DNA of 64,000 nt from a virus. Lineage: Duplodnaviria > Caudoviricetes. Where the stretch lies: IMG/VR virus record IMGVR_UViG_3300008262_000013; one strand, 5' to 3'. Each line of letters opens with the position of its first letter. Positions within the stretch are counted from its first letter, which is position 1. Below, in pieces: positions 18,764 to 28,784 of this stretch. The position numbers and the translations under genes were made by a program. The notes beneath the pieces were generated by a model that was not told the origin of the DNA, searched no databases, and saw only the letters and a program-made list of their open reading frames with translations.

Positions 18764-19156
18764 ATGCTGTTTGATAATTTGACTAGTGAAAATATACTGA
18801 TGTATGCAATGAAGATTTATGATAAGCCTAATTGCATCATGAGTGAGTTTAAAGAAGATATGAAAAGATTCAACTATTTAAAAAGGTTGTTTCGAAGGTA
18901 TCGAAAAATAGGTGAAATAAAAGAACTTCTAGTATTAAATCATCTAGTCGTTTTATATAATGTTTTTGGTGCTGAAGCATTGACTAGATTATTATTTTTT
19001 AAGATGTCCAAAGAAGATCAACCTATTTTAAAAACATACCTTATATTTTTAAGTTGTATGCCAGATGTGGTAAAAGGTATAAAAGGACAAGATGTATTAT
19101 CTTCTGATATACCTGTAGATTTAAAAATAGCCGAAGTGTTAAGAGAGATTAAATGA
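18764..19156 (+). CDS. Conserved T4-like hypothetical protein
   Basis: F.EDMKRF.YLKRL and LNHLVVLYNVFG pattern familiar from T4-like genomes. Confidence 0.6.
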   Translation: MLFDNLTSENILMYAMKIYDKPNCIMSEFKEDMKRFNYLKRLFRRYRKIGEIKELLVLNHLVVLYNVFGAEALTRLLFFKMSKEDQPILKTYLIFLSCMPDVVKGIKGQDVLSSDIPVDLKIAEVLREIK

Positions 19157-19377
19157 GTAATGAATTTAAAAAAGAATGTGGCGAAGGAATGTATTGGTGT
19201 AGCACTGATAAAAAGTGTAAGCCAATACAAGAAGATATGCCCACAAACAATGCCGGTGGTGGTGTCATTGCTGGAATAGGTGTTGGTCCTCAAGGTGAAC
19301 CTGGTGTAAATAAGAAAAAAAGAAATTTAATACCTTTAATGGCTTTTATAAGAAGGAAAGCAAATGTGGCTTCTTAG
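19153..19377 (+). CDS. Small modular protein
   Basis: CGEGMYWCSTDKKCK module, then IQED-MPTNNAGGG module. Confidence 0.5.
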   Translation: MSNEFKKECGEGMYWCSTDKKCKPIQEDMPTNNAGGGVIAGIGVGPQGEPGVNKKKRNLIPLMAFIRRKANVAS

Positions 19378-19879
19378 TTTTTTACCTACAGCATTTCTAG
19401 AATTTATAATTAATGCCGTATTGTTTGCAAGTATAGTTGGTGTTGTTGTAGGATTTTTTGGAAGTAAAATTCCATTTGTTGGCTCATATGCAACAATCAT
19501 TAAGTATGCGTCAATCGTATTTTTCTGTATAGGCCTTTATTGGAAAGGTGGATTTAGTGTAGAGAAAGAGTGGCGAGCTCGTGTCGAAGAAATGCAAGAA
19601 AAAGTAAGACTTGCAGAAGAACAGTCTAAACAAGTCAACACAGAAATAGAAACTAAAATTGTAGAAAAAACAAAAGTTGTAAGAGAAAAAGGTAAGATAC
19701 AAATCGAATATATTAATCGATTAGTTAAAGGTGATACTGTAGAGATTGTGAAAGACATGACTGAAGAACAGAAACAGGAATTTATGGTAAAGCAAAAAGA
19801 ATTACAAGATGCTTTGAAAAATTGTCCTATACCAAGAATCATTATAGAAGAACATAATAAAGCTGTGGAGTTGAAATGA
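19364..19879 (+). CDS. Putative i-spanin (Rz-like)
   Basis: N-terminal TM segments plus a long coiled coil, directly upstream of a lipoprotein and the endolysin. Confidence 0.6.
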   Translation: MWLLSFLPTAFLEFIINAVLFASIVGVVVGFFGSKIPFVGSYATIIKYASIVFFCIGLYWKGGFSVEKEWRARVEEMQEKVRLAEEQSKQVNTEIETKIVEKTKVVREKGKIQIEYINRLVKGDTVEIVKDMTEEQKQEFMVKQKELQDALKNCPIPRIIIEEHNKAVELK

Positions 19880-20142
19880 AACTATATCTAATTTTATTGA
19901 CTGCATTATTAACTGGTTGTTCCACTACTGTACCAGTTGTTGCAAAGTTTCCTGAAGCACCACAATCGTTAAAAGAAAATTGTGCCACTTTAAAGAAAAT
20001 TGAAGGTGAACAAGTTTCTATCGTAGATTTGCATAAAACTGTGATTGAGAATTATACTACTTACCATGAGTGTGTTATTAAAGTTGAAGGTTGGAACGAG
20101 TGGCACAAAAAACAAAAAGAGATTTTTGAAAGTATAAAATAA
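19876..20142 (+). CDS. Putative o-spanin lipoprotein (Rz1-like)
   Basis: Lipobox LLTGC, Pro-rich linker, additional Cys residues. Confidence 0.65.
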   Translation: MKLYLILLTALLTGCSTTVPVVAKFPEAPQSLKENCATLKKIEGEQVSIVDLHKTVIENYTTYHECVIKVEGWNEWHKKQKEIFESIK

Positions 20143-20155
20143 ATTGGAGTAAACA

Positions 20156-20773
20156 ATGGAACTAACAAAACAACAACTAAAACAATTATTACCAAAAAAT
20201 CCATATATTGACCAGTGGCACAATGCACTCAGTCAATTATTGCCAGATTATCAAATCAATACACCACAACGTATTGCAGCATTCATTGCACAATGCGCTC
20301 ACGAATCTGGTAATTTTATTTTCTTAACTGAAAATTTGAATTACAAAGCCGCAACACTACGTAAATTATTTGGAAAATATTTTCCAGATGATGCAAGTGC
20401 TGCTGCATATGAAAAGAAACCTGAAAAGATTGCAAACAAAATCTATGCTGATCGTATGGGTAATGGTAACGAAGCATCTGGTGACGGCTACAAATATCGT
20501 GGTCGTGGATTAATTCAATTGACTGGTAAAACAAACTATACTTGGTTTGCTGCATCACTGGAGATTTCTCCTGAAGAAGCAGCAGAGTATACACAAACTT
20601 TTGAAGGCGCAGCACAATCTGCATGTTGGTTCTGGGAAACAAATAATATTAATCAATGGGCTGATAAGAATGATATTCTCACAATGACAAAGAGAATTAA
20701 TGGTGGCACCATAGGACTTGAAGATCGCAAGAAACATTATGAACATGCCCTTCACGTTCTAGGAGCTCACTAA
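20156..20773 (+). CDS. Glycoside hydrolase family 19 endolysin
   Basis: AAFIAQCAHES, YRGRGLIQLTGK.NY, TKRINGG..GL.DR. Confidence 0.9.
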   Translation: MELTKQQLKQLLPKNPYIDQWHNALSQLLPDYQINTPQRIAAFIAQCAHESGNFIFLTENLNYKAATLRKLFGKYFPDDASAAAYEKKPEKIANKIYADRMGNGNEASGDGYKYRGRGLIQLTGKTNYTWFAASLEISPEEAAEYTQTFEGAAQSACWFWETNNINQWADKNDILTMTKRINGGTIGLEDRKKHYEHALHVLGAH

Positions 20774-21015
20774 TGAAATATCTAGCACTTCTAATACTAC
20801 CACTATTGGTTGCTTGCGAGGAAAACTATCGTTACCCTTGCCAAGATCCAGATAATTGGGAAAAGAAAGAATGTAAAAAACCCTATTGTAGTGCTAACGG
20901 AACTTGTCCTGAAGATTTGACTCCATACGAAAAAGATAAAGTTGGAGGATTACCAGGAAATAATAATATAACACAGCCTGCACAACAGATGCCAAAAAAA
21001 GGAGAATGTAAATGA
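20773..21015 (+). CDS. Cys-rich lipoprotein
   Basis: Lipobox LLVAC followed by YRYPCQDP..EC..PYC..GTC. Confidence 0.6.
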   Translation: MKYLALLILPLLVACEENYRYPCQDPDNWEKKECKKPYCSANGTCPEDLTPYEKDKVGGLPGNNNITQPAQQMPKKGECK

Positions 21016-21512
21016 TTAAGGATATATGGGAAGGACCAAGATATACAACTGAAGAATTAAATGCGAGATTAAAATTCTTTATTGGTGTCGTTTTAGGCCT
21101 AACACTATTTGGTATTGTTTTCGTAGTATTATACAGTTTAATTTTTGTTACTCAGCCGATGAATGGTATGAGTCCTGTGGATAATAAATTCTTTGAGTTA
21201 ATTATTCCAATTGCAACATTCTTAACTGGTACATTATCAGGTATTATGTTGGCAGGTGATGACAAAGACTTGAGAGCAAAAGCACTTGATGCTGCTAACA
21301 AGCCATATACACCACCACCTTCGCCACCACCATCACCGTCACAGAAAAGAATTGAACCAACTTTAAGTGAAGCAGCCGCCGCTCGTGCATCAACACCATC
21401 AAATCCGTTTGAATCTGCAATGGACGATGTGTTAAATAGTTTTGCTCCTGCTGTTGCATCGGGATTCGGTGGTAAAGAAGCGCCTGCACAACCAGATCAT
21501 CCTGAAAAATAA
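21012..21512 (+). CDS. Two-TM membrane protein with Pro-rich tail
   Basis: Two hydrophobic helices and a PPPSPPPSP segment. Confidence 0.55.
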   Translation: MIKDIWEGPRYTTEELNARLKFFIGVVLGLTLFGIVFVVLYSLIFVTQPMNGMSPVDNKFFELIIPIATFLTGTLSGIMLAGDDKDLRAKALDAANKPYTPPPSPPPSPSQKRIEPTLSEAAAARASTPSNPFESAMDDVLNSFAPAVASGFGGKEAPAQPDHPEK

Positions 21513-21739
21513 TGAGTCTATTAATCAAGATGCTCTCAGGAGAGGGTGAAAATAATCCAAGTAGCAAGAGAGTAATTACGTTTCTAGCGTTTTTACTTCT
21601 TGCTACGGGGTTTATTGCAGAAATGTTTTTTGAAAGAAAAGTAAACCCTAGTACCTACGAAACAATGATGTATATTGTTATTGGTGGTTTAGGGTTTACC
21701 GCATCCGAAAAATTTACTAAAAAGGAAAATACAAAATGA
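21512..21739 (+). CDS. Small two-TM protein, holin candidate
   Basis: 75 aa, SSKRV then two TM helices, basic C-terminus, in the lysis block. Confidence 0.45.
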   Translation: MSLLIKMLSGEGENNPSSKRVITFLAFLLLATGFIAEMFFERKVNPSTYETMMYIVIGGLGFTASEKFTKKENTK

Positions 21740-21915
21740 ATTACCTATTCGCTTTAGCAATTGCGCTATTTCTTGCCACATCAGTATATGCAGCAGAAGA
21801 AAAGAAAGTTTGTGTCAAAGAATATGACAACAAAACTAAAAAAGAAAAAGAAGTGTGCAAAACTATCAAAGTTCATAAGAAACTAGAAGGCACAAAGATT
21901 CCTGAGAAAAAGTAA
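21736..21915 (+). CDS. Small secreted basic protein (59 aa)
   Basis: Below the track cutoff. Signal peptide ending VYA-A, two Cys, ATGA overlap. Confidence 0.55.
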   Translation: MNYLFALAIALFLATSVYAAEEKKVCVKEYDNKTKKEKEVCKTIKVHKKLEGTKIPEKK

Positions 21916-21927
21916 TAGAGACATAAA

Positions 21928-22647
21928 ATGCCTTTAACTAGAATAACATCCGACAATATTTCAAATACTACAATTGAAATACAGGATCTAAGTGTAAACA
22001 CTGTAAATGCTCTAATGTACACAGCAAATACCGCTGTTAGTGCTAGTGGTGTTACTGCTGGAACTTATGGAAGTATAGGAACATCTCCTATTATAGTAGT
22101 TAATGATCAAGGTAGATTGACTTCAGCTCAAGAAAATATAGAATTTTTACTATATCGATTAAATTCTACTAGAGTTGGTTCCAATGCAACTGGAGCTCAA
22201 AGTATTTTTGGTGTTAGTGCTAATTTGGAAACAAACACACAATATGAAATAGAAGGATTGTATGCCCTGTCAAAAACGGCAGGAACTACATCTCATAACT
22301 TTTCTATTGGCTTTGGTGGAACCGCAACATTTAATAATGTAGCTTATCTATCTTCATTCAAATACAATACAACTAGTTTTTTAGCAGCTCCAACAACCGA
22401 TGGTTTACATTCTTTTATACAAGGAACAACTACAACTCAGATTTTATCCGCAATAGTTTCTGCTGGCACATACATAGCAATAACTATAAGAGGAAGTTTA
22501 AGTGTTAATGAAGCAGGTACATTAATACCACAATATTCTTTGAGTGCCGCTCCTGGCGGCGCATATACTGTAGCTATAGGAAGTTATTTTAAATTAACTA
22601 AGGTTGGATCTGCCGGTTCCAATATTTCTGTTGGTAGTTGGTCTTAA
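21928..22647 (+). CDS. Tail-fibre-like structural protein
   Basis: VTAGTYG..IVVNDQGRLT fibre motif; Thr/Ser/Gly-rich. Confidence 0.5.
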   Translation: MPLTRITSDNISNTTIEIQDLSVNTVNALMYTANTAVSASGVTAGTYGSIGTSPIIVVNDQGRLTSAQENIEFLLYRLNSTRVGSNATGAQSIFGVSANLETNTQYEIEGLYALSKTAGTTSHNFSIGFGGTATFNNVAYLSSFKYNTTSFLAAPTTDGLHSFIQGTTTTQILSAIVSAGTYIAITIRGSLSVNEAGTLIPQYSLSAAPGGAYTVAIGSYFKLTKVGSAGSNISVGSWS

Positions 22648-22662
22648 TTTTTTGGAGAAAAG

Positions 22663-23028
22663 ATGGCACATTTTGCACAATTGGATGAAAACAACACAGT
22701 TATTCAAGTTATCGTCGTTCATAATAATGAATTAATGATGGACGGCCAAGAGAATGAAACAAAAGGTATTTTGTTTTGTAAATCGTTGTATGGTGAAGAA
22801 ACACGATGGAAACAAACATCATATAACGGAACTATGAGAAAAAATTATGCAGGTTTTGGTTATACGTATGATGCACAAAGAGATGCATTTATACCACCGA
22901 AACCTTTTAATAGTTGGGTATTGAATGAAACCACTTGTTTGTGGGAAGCACCAACACCATACCCAACAGATGGTGAAAGATACTATTGGGATGAAGAAAC
23001 GACCAGCTGGGTGCTCAGTACGGTATGA
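22663..23028 (+). CDS. Tail-fibre-associated protein
   Basis: MAHFAQLD, WKQTSYN, RKNYAG, AFIPPKP..SW pattern typical of genes beside fibres in aquatic phages. Confidence 0.55.
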   Translation: MAHFAQLDENNTVIQVIVVHNNELMMDGQENETKGILFCKSLYGEETRWKQTSYNGTMRKNYAGFGYTYDAQRDAFIPPKPFNSWVLNETTCLWEAPTPYPTDGERYYWDEETTSWVLSTV

Positions 23029-23393
23029 CAACCTACGTCAACAGTGGTAACTTTGAACAAACAACAATTGATGAATTCTCAGGACCAAAGATAACTTCAA
23101 TTACTGTAACGAACAGTAGTTATGTTGCCACTGGAGCAACAACAATATCTACAAGTGGTGGATATGTACAAATAGTAGGAACAAGTTTTAGCAGTCCAAT
23201 GCAGGTGTTTTTGGATCCAACAGGAACAAATAGAATTCAAAGTACAACTGCTGCAACATCAGTAACATATGTGAACTCAACTACAATTAATGTACAACTA
23301 CCAGCAAAAGCCGCAGGAAATTATACTTGTTTTGTTGTAAGAACGTCAGACGGACAATTTGCAACAAAAATTAACGGATTAACATACGCATGA
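23025..23393 (+). CDS. Stand-alone IPT/TIG-like domain protein
   Basis: GP.ITSI...GG.V.I.G..F...V.YVNST.I.V..P; paralogous to the N-terminus of the next gene. Confidence 0.6.
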   Translation: MTTYVNSGNFEQTTIDEFSGPKITSITVTNSSYVATGATTISTSGGYVQIVGTSFSSPMQVFLDPTGTNRIQSTTAATSVTYVNSTTINVQLPAKAAGNYTCFVVRTSDGQFATKINGLTYA

Positions 23394-26300
23394 CACAAAA
23401 AATTACATCGGTCAATATTGAAGCAACTACATTAAGTTCATTTACGGGACCAACAATATCCAGTATTGCTATTGCCAATTCAACTTACGTTTTATTAGAT
23501 GATACCGCAGTTTCAAATGCTGGTGGTTATGCTGTCATTACAGGAAGTAACTTCACAAGTGGCGCCCAAGTTTTATTTGGTAGTACACCAGCAACAGCAG
23601 TTACTTTTGTTAATTCAACTACATTAAATGTTCAAGTGCCTGAATTGACAGCAGGTAGTTACGTTACCTATGTACAAAATGCGGATGGTTCTACTGCAAT
23701 CAGGTTGAATGGTATCACCTCAAGTCCTATACCTGTTTGGGCTACAGGAAGTACATTGACACCTCAAACTGATGGTGTTGCTATTTCTGTTCAATTATCG
23801 GCAACATCTGATTCGAGTGTTGTATATTCTGTAGCTAACGGCAGTTCTTTGCCTTCTGGAACAACATTAGATTCAAATGGTTTGTTTAGTGGTACGATTT
23901 CTGGATTAAGTGGTGATACAACATATAATTTTAGTGTAAATGCAATTGATGCTGAAAATCAAGAAACACTAAGATCATTCAGTGTAACGGTGGTTTCAGG
24001 AGATCCGTTTTTTAAAGATACTGTATTGTTGTTGAATGGTGAAACAAGTAATAATACATGGATTACTGATGTAAGCACAAATAAATTTGCACTTACGGTG
24101 GCTGGTGATACACGACCAAACGCATTTAGTCCGTATGGAACTGTTCGGAGTAATTATTTTGACGGTACTGGTGATTGGTTATCATTAACAAGCCAAGCTA
24201 ATCTAGCATTAGGCACTACAGATTTTACAATAGAATTTTGGGTTTATATAGCATTAAATACGATACCAACTAATATTACATTTTACGATCAACGTAACAA
24301 TACCAATGGATTTTCAGTGGTGCAGCCTGTTATTGAGTTGACTTCGGGTACTGGATATGCATGGTATTCCGAAGCCGCAAATAAGATAACAACAGGTACT
24401 TCCGTAGTAAGATTAAATGCATGGCAACATGTGGCTGTATCTAGGTCGGGTACTACTACTAGAATGTTTATAGATGGAGTTCAAGCTGGAAGCAGTTTCA
24501 CTGATACACTAAATTATCCAGCAGGAAGTCTTAATATAGGTCGAGCAAACGATGGAGTAAGTACTAGGAATCATACTGGATATATCTCCAATCTTAGAGT
24601 AGTAATAGGAACTGCACTTTACACATCAACTTTTACACCCTCAACTTCACCATTAACAGCAATTACAAACACACGTTTATTAACCTGTCAATCTAATCGT
24701 TTAATTGATAATAGTACAAATAACTTTACAATTACAAGAAACGGTGATGTATTAGTAAGCAACTTTGGTCCTTTTGTTGAAACAGACACAACAACAGGCA
24801 GTGGTTATTTTGATGGTACTGGAGATTATATAGATGCACCAAGCAATGTAGCATTTACACTTGGTACATCAGATTTTACAATAGAAGGTTATCTATACTT
24901 AATTTCAGGAACCACGGGAACACTGTATGATTCAAGAACAGGCTCGACTACAATATCTCCAGTGATATATTTAAACGCCGGAGCGTTAACTTATTTTGTT
25001 GCAGCGAATAGAATTGGTGGACCTACACTAGTTGCTGGACAATGGCATCACATTGCAGTTTCACGAAGTGGAACAAGTACAAAATTGTTTTTAAATGGAG
25101 AACAAGTAGGATTAACATATACTGATACGAATAATTATGTTATAGGTGGCCCAAAAATTGGAGCTGGATATAACAACACTAACCTGTTGAACGGTTATAT
25201 TTCTAATTTAAGAGTATTAAAAGGTACTGCATTATACACATCAAACACTGCGCCACCAACTGCACCATTAACCGCAACAGCGGATACGAGTTTACTTACA
25301 TTACAATCACGCATTGGTGAAAACAATAATAGATTTATCGATACTTCTGGTATAAACAGTATTATAACAAGAAGTGGTAATACCTCACAGGGAACATTTA
25401 GTCCGTTTCAGATAGGCGGTTGGAGTAATTTTTTTGATGGTACGGGAGATTACATTTCTACAGCTGATAATGCAGTTTTGAATCCAGGAACTCAAGATTT
25501 TGTCATGGAAGCATGGGTTTATTTTACAGGTACAACTGGTGCCAATCAAGGTATAAACGGCAAAGGAACTGCGGGCACCAATGGATATTCATTCTTTATA
25601 ACGAACGCTCTAGTCTTAAGTTTCATTTGGAATGGAACGGGCGGAACAACAATTACTGGAGGAACACTCAGTTTAAATACATGGAATCATGTCGCTGTTG
25701 TAAGAAATAATAGCGTAATTCGATTATATTTGAATGGTGTGGGAGCAGGATCTTCTACTGCATGTACAACTGATATAACATCTACCGCTATCAAATATAT
25801 TGGCCAAGCTCGTGGTGCTAATCCTATGTTAGGTTACATAAGTAACTACAGAATGATGAAGGGTTCGCGTCCCTCTGGATATGATGCTACATCGTCATCA
25901 CTTACAGTACCGTCATTACCATTAACTGATGTCGCTAACACTTCAATATTAACTTGTGCTGATAATGCATTTATTGATGATAGTCCAAATAATTTTGCGA
26001 TTACACGTAACGGTGATGCATCGGTGCAACCGTTTAATCCATTTAAAGCACATACAATAGTACCCAATACTCGTAGTGTTTATTTTGATGGGACAGGGGA
26101 TTATCTGTCTACCCCAGACAGCACTGCTTTTGATTTTGGTACTGGGTCATTAACTGTAGAAGCGTGGATTTATACTGGTGTAAAAGTTGATTATCAAAGT
26201 ATTGTTGGTTCTTTTGACGGTTCCAGTAATGGGTGGTATTTACACACAAATTCATTAGGAACTATTACATATGGACTAACTCCAAGTGCCCCATATAATG

Positions 26301-27901
26301 GAACGATCCAAGTTTGCAACAATGCATGGAATCACATTGCGATGGTTCGTAATGGGTCAAGTGCTTTAGCGTTGTATGTTAATGGGGTGTTAGACAGCTC
26401 GCAGACTAATAGCACAAATATAAATAATAATGCTGAAGTCAGGGTTGGAAGCCTTAGTGCTGGAGCAACTAGGTTTTTCAATGGGTATATTTCCGGTGTC
26501 CGTGTTGTTAATGGCACGGCTGTTTACACGTCGGCGTTCACACCCCCCACAGCACCACTCACCGCGATTGCAAATACAAGTTTATTGACTTGTTCCAGTA
26601 ACACAATCGTAGACTTAAGTACAGCAAATACAGGAAATGTGCCACATACAATTACTATAAATGGCGATGCTCGACCAACCACTGTAAACCCATTAGGATT
26701 TACAGTAACTAATGTAACAGGAACATCATCTGAATATTCTATCACCAATGAAGGTGGCAGTATGTACTTTGATGGTACAGGAGATTTTTTAACCATACCA
26801 AGTAACGCAGCATTAAGTTTTGGTACTGCGCCACTTACAGTAGAATGTTGGATTTATCCTACAAGCACTGCTGCTGCAAATAAAATGATTTTAAATAGAT
26901 GGAATGGTTCTAATGCTGATTCCTATCAATTATTTTTAAGAAGTAATAATAGAATATGTTGGCAAGTACATACTCAAAATAGTGCTGATGTAGCCGCACT
27001 TGATATTCCTATAAATTCTTGGACACACATAGCTTGGACTAGAGTTGGTACTAGTGGTTACTTGTATGTTAATGGTATTTTAAGAGATACCGCTACATTC
27101 AGTAATTCATCGAATGGAAATGGGATTGCAACTGTGGGTGCTGATCAAAGTGGCACTGCTCCTTTCTTTGGGTATATAAGTGATTTGCGTGTTACTAGGG
27201 GGGTTTCAAGATATACTTCAAACTTTATCCCACCATCAACTCCATTAACACCAGTAGCAAATACTACATTATTACTAAATGGTACTAATGGTTCTATCAT
27301 TAATTATAGTAGAAAAAGTAATTTAGAAACTTTTGGTGATGTTAAAATTAGAAATGATGTGGTAAAATATGGAAACACATCGATGTATTTTGATGGCACA
27401 GATGATGCTCTTATCATGCCTTATTCACCAATCTTCAACTTAGGCACAGGACAGTTCACTATAGAATGTTGGGTGAATTTTAGTACTCTTTCTGGTAATA
27501 GACTGATTTTTGACACTTATACTGCAGCTTCCGCTGGTGGAGGATATCAACTTTACTGGAGAGGAACAGGTTCAAGTATTACTTTCTATGCAAATGGTGT
27601 TGTGGTAGCACAAAGTTCATTTACTAGTCATGCAATTGATACTTGGTATCACGTAGCAACAACTAGAGATTCTTCTGGAATCGTTCGTGTTTTTGTTGAT
27701 GGTGTAATGTATGCATATGCTTCATATACAGCCACGATAGATATTGCTACAACTGCTCGACCTGGTGTAGGTATTCAAGTTGCAACTTTAACTAATGATT
27801 TCCATGGATACATAGATGATTTGAGAATTACTAAAGGTTTTTCTAGGTATTCATCGAATACAAGTTTTACGCCACCTACAATAGCATTTTCAAGAAGATG
27901 A
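23390..27901 (+). CDS. Large fibre/adhesin: IPT/Ig-like domains + six LamG/ConA-like repeats
   Basis: Six (Y/F)FDGT(G/D)D starts, W.H(I/V)A..R cores, GYISN/DLR..YTS.F.PP ends. Confidence 0.8.
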   Translation: MTQKITSVNIEATTLSSFTGPTISSIAIANSTYVLLDDTAVSNAGGYAVITGSNFTSGAQVLFGSTPATAVTFVNSTTLNVQVPELTAGSYVTYVQNADGSTAIRLNGITSSPIPVWATGSTLTPQTDGVAISVQLSATSDSSVVYSVANGSSLPSGTTLDSNGLFSGTISGLSGDTTYNFSVNAIDAENQETLRSFSVTVVSGDPFFKDTVLLLNGETSNNTWITDVSTNKFALTVAGDTRPNAFSPYGTVRSNYFDGTGDWLSLTSQANLALGTTDFTIEFWVYIALNTIPTNITFYDQRNNTNGFSVVQPVIELTSGTGYAWYSEAANKITTGTSVVRLNAWQHVAVSRSGTTTRMFIDGVQAGSSFTDTLNYPAGSLNIGRANDGVSTRNHTGYISNLRVVIGTALYTSTFTPSTSPLTAITNTRLLTCQSNRLIDNSTNNFTITRNGDVLVSNFGPFVETDTTTGSGYFDGTGDYIDAPSNVAFTLGTSDFTIEGYLYLISGTTGTLYDSRTGSTTISPVIYLNAGALTYFVAANRIGGPTLVAGQWHHIAVSRSGTSTKLFLNGEQVGLTYTDTNNYVIGGPKIGAGYNNTNLLNGYISNLRVLKGTALYTSNTAPPTAPLTATADTSLLTLQSRIGENNNRFIDTSGINSIITRSGNTSQGTFSPFQIGGWSNFFDGTGDYISTADNAVLNPGTQDFVMEAWVYFTGTTGANQGINGKGTAGTNGYSFFITNALVLSFIWNGTGGTTITGGTLSLNTWNHVAVVRNNSVIRLYLNGVGAGSSTACTTDITSTAIKYIGQARGANPMLGYISNYRMMKGSRPSGYDATSSSLTVPSLPLTDVANTSILTCADNAFIDDSPNNFAITRNGDASVQPFNPFKAHTIVPNTRSVYFDGTGDYLSTPDSTAFDFGTGSLTVEAWIYTGVKVDYQSIVGSFDGSSNGWYLHTNSLGTITYGLTPSAPYNGTIQVCNNAWNHIAMVRNGSSALALYVNGVLDSSQTNSTNINNNAEVRVGSLSAGATRFFNGYISGVRVVNGTAVYTSAFTPPTAPLTAIANTSLLTCSSNTIVDLSTANTGNVPHTITINGDARPTTVNPLGFTVTNVTGTSSEYSITNEGGSMYFDGTGDFLTIPSNAALSFGTAPLTVECWIYPTSTAAANKMILNRWNGSNADSYQLFLRSNNRICWQVHTQNSADVAALDIPINSWTHIAWTRVGTSGYLYVNGILRDTATFSNSSNGNGIATVGADQSGTAPFFGYISDLRVTRGVSRYTSNFIPPSTPLTPVANTTLLLNGTNGSIINYSRKSNLETFGDVKIRNDVVKYGNTSMYFDGTDDALIMPYSPIFNLGTGQFTIECWVNFSTLSGNRLIFDTYTAASAGGGYQLYWRGTGSSITFYANGVVVAQSSFTSHAIDTWYHVATTRDSSGIVRVFVDGVMYAYASYTATIDIATTARPGVGIQVATLTNDFHGYIDDLRITKGFSRYSSNTSFTPPTIAFSRR

Positions 27902-27950
27902 AAAAATTAATTTTCGATTTAGATAAATACTCTATCAGTAAATTTCAATA

Positions 27951-28091
27951 ATGTGGGCACTTAATACATTTTTCTTTTTCATCATTCTGATAGGTATTAG
28001 AACAGGCCAATTTTTACCTACATTTTTAAGTTTAATAGTTTATATTATACTCTTAACAATTTGGGAAAACGAAATACGGGAAACAGACTAA
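27951..28091 (+). CDS. Small two-TM membrane protein (46 aa)
   Basis: Below the track cutoff. MWALNTFFFFIILIGIR...LSLIVYIILLTIW; GATAAATA late-like box at 27922-27929. Confidence 0.45.
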   Translation: MWALNTFFFFIILIGIRTGQFLPTFLSLIVYIILLTIWENEIRETD

Positions 28092-28092
28092 A

Positions 28093-28287
28093 ATGAGTCC
28101 AAAAATATTAGAAGAAGCTTTTAACGGTGCAAAACAAATGTACGAATCTGGTGATGTCACTAGAAACGACTATTTGAACATGTTAAAAAGTATCGATACC
28201 GAAAAAATACCTTCTACTCCAGAAAATGATATCAAAAAACAAGAATTGAGAATTTTGATTGATGATGCCATTTTTACGGTAGAATAA
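28093..28287 (+). CDS. Hypothetical protein
   Basis: ORF track; tight packing. Confidence 0.5.
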   Translation: MSPKILEEAFNGAKQMYESGDVTRNDYLNMLKSIDTEKIPSTPENDIKKQELRILIDDAIFTVE

Positions 28288-28288
28288 G

Positions 28289-28726
28289 ATGTTGCAAGAT
28301 CAAGACGAAGTTAATCTTAAGGTAGATGTGAGTGTACTTAAAGAAAAAGTATCGACATTAACAATACTTTGTGATAAAATGGACAGAGTAATGGAGAAAT
28401 TGGCAGATAGTCAATTAGACTTGTCCTCACAAATTTACAAAGATATGGACAAAAGAAAAGAAGAAACAATCGGCGATATTAAAGAATTGCATTCCAGAAT
28501 TACCACGACAGATAGAAATCTTTCCGATAAGATAGAACTTACCGAGCGTAGAATTATGGATGAAATCAAATCTCTACGCGACCATATTACCGAACATAAT
28601 CAAAAAGAAGATGATGATATGAAAACACTCACCCAATGGAAATGGATGATTGCTGGTGGGGTAATAATCTTAGCTTGGGTAATCTCCAACATTAAATTTG
28701 AGTCATTGGTAAAGTTGTTTATATAA
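28289..28726 (+). CDS. Coiled-coil protein with C-terminal TM anchor
   Basis: Heptad pattern followed by WKWMIAGGVIILAWVI. Confidence 0.55.
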   Translation: MLQDQDEVNLKVDVSVLKEKVSTLTILCDKMDRVMEKLADSQLDLSSQIYKDMDKRKEETIGDIKELHSRITTTDRNLSDKIELTERRIMDEIKSLRDHITEHNQKEDDDMKTLTQWKWMIAGGVIILAWVISNIKFESLVKLFI

Positions 28727-28727
28727 C

Positions 28728-28756
28728 TTGATACTTCATCAAGTTTCTGTTATAAT
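28728..28756 (+). promoter_or_regulatory. Sigma70-like promoter for primase
   Basis: TTGATA-17-TATAAT with extended -10 TG. Confidence 0.6.
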
Positions 28757-28784
28757 AGTCGTTCATTAAATAATTTACTATATT

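Noticed and set aside
23390-27901. Diversity-generating retroelement target
   Set aside because: No reverse transcriptase and no near-identical template/variable repeat pair differing at adenines was seen.
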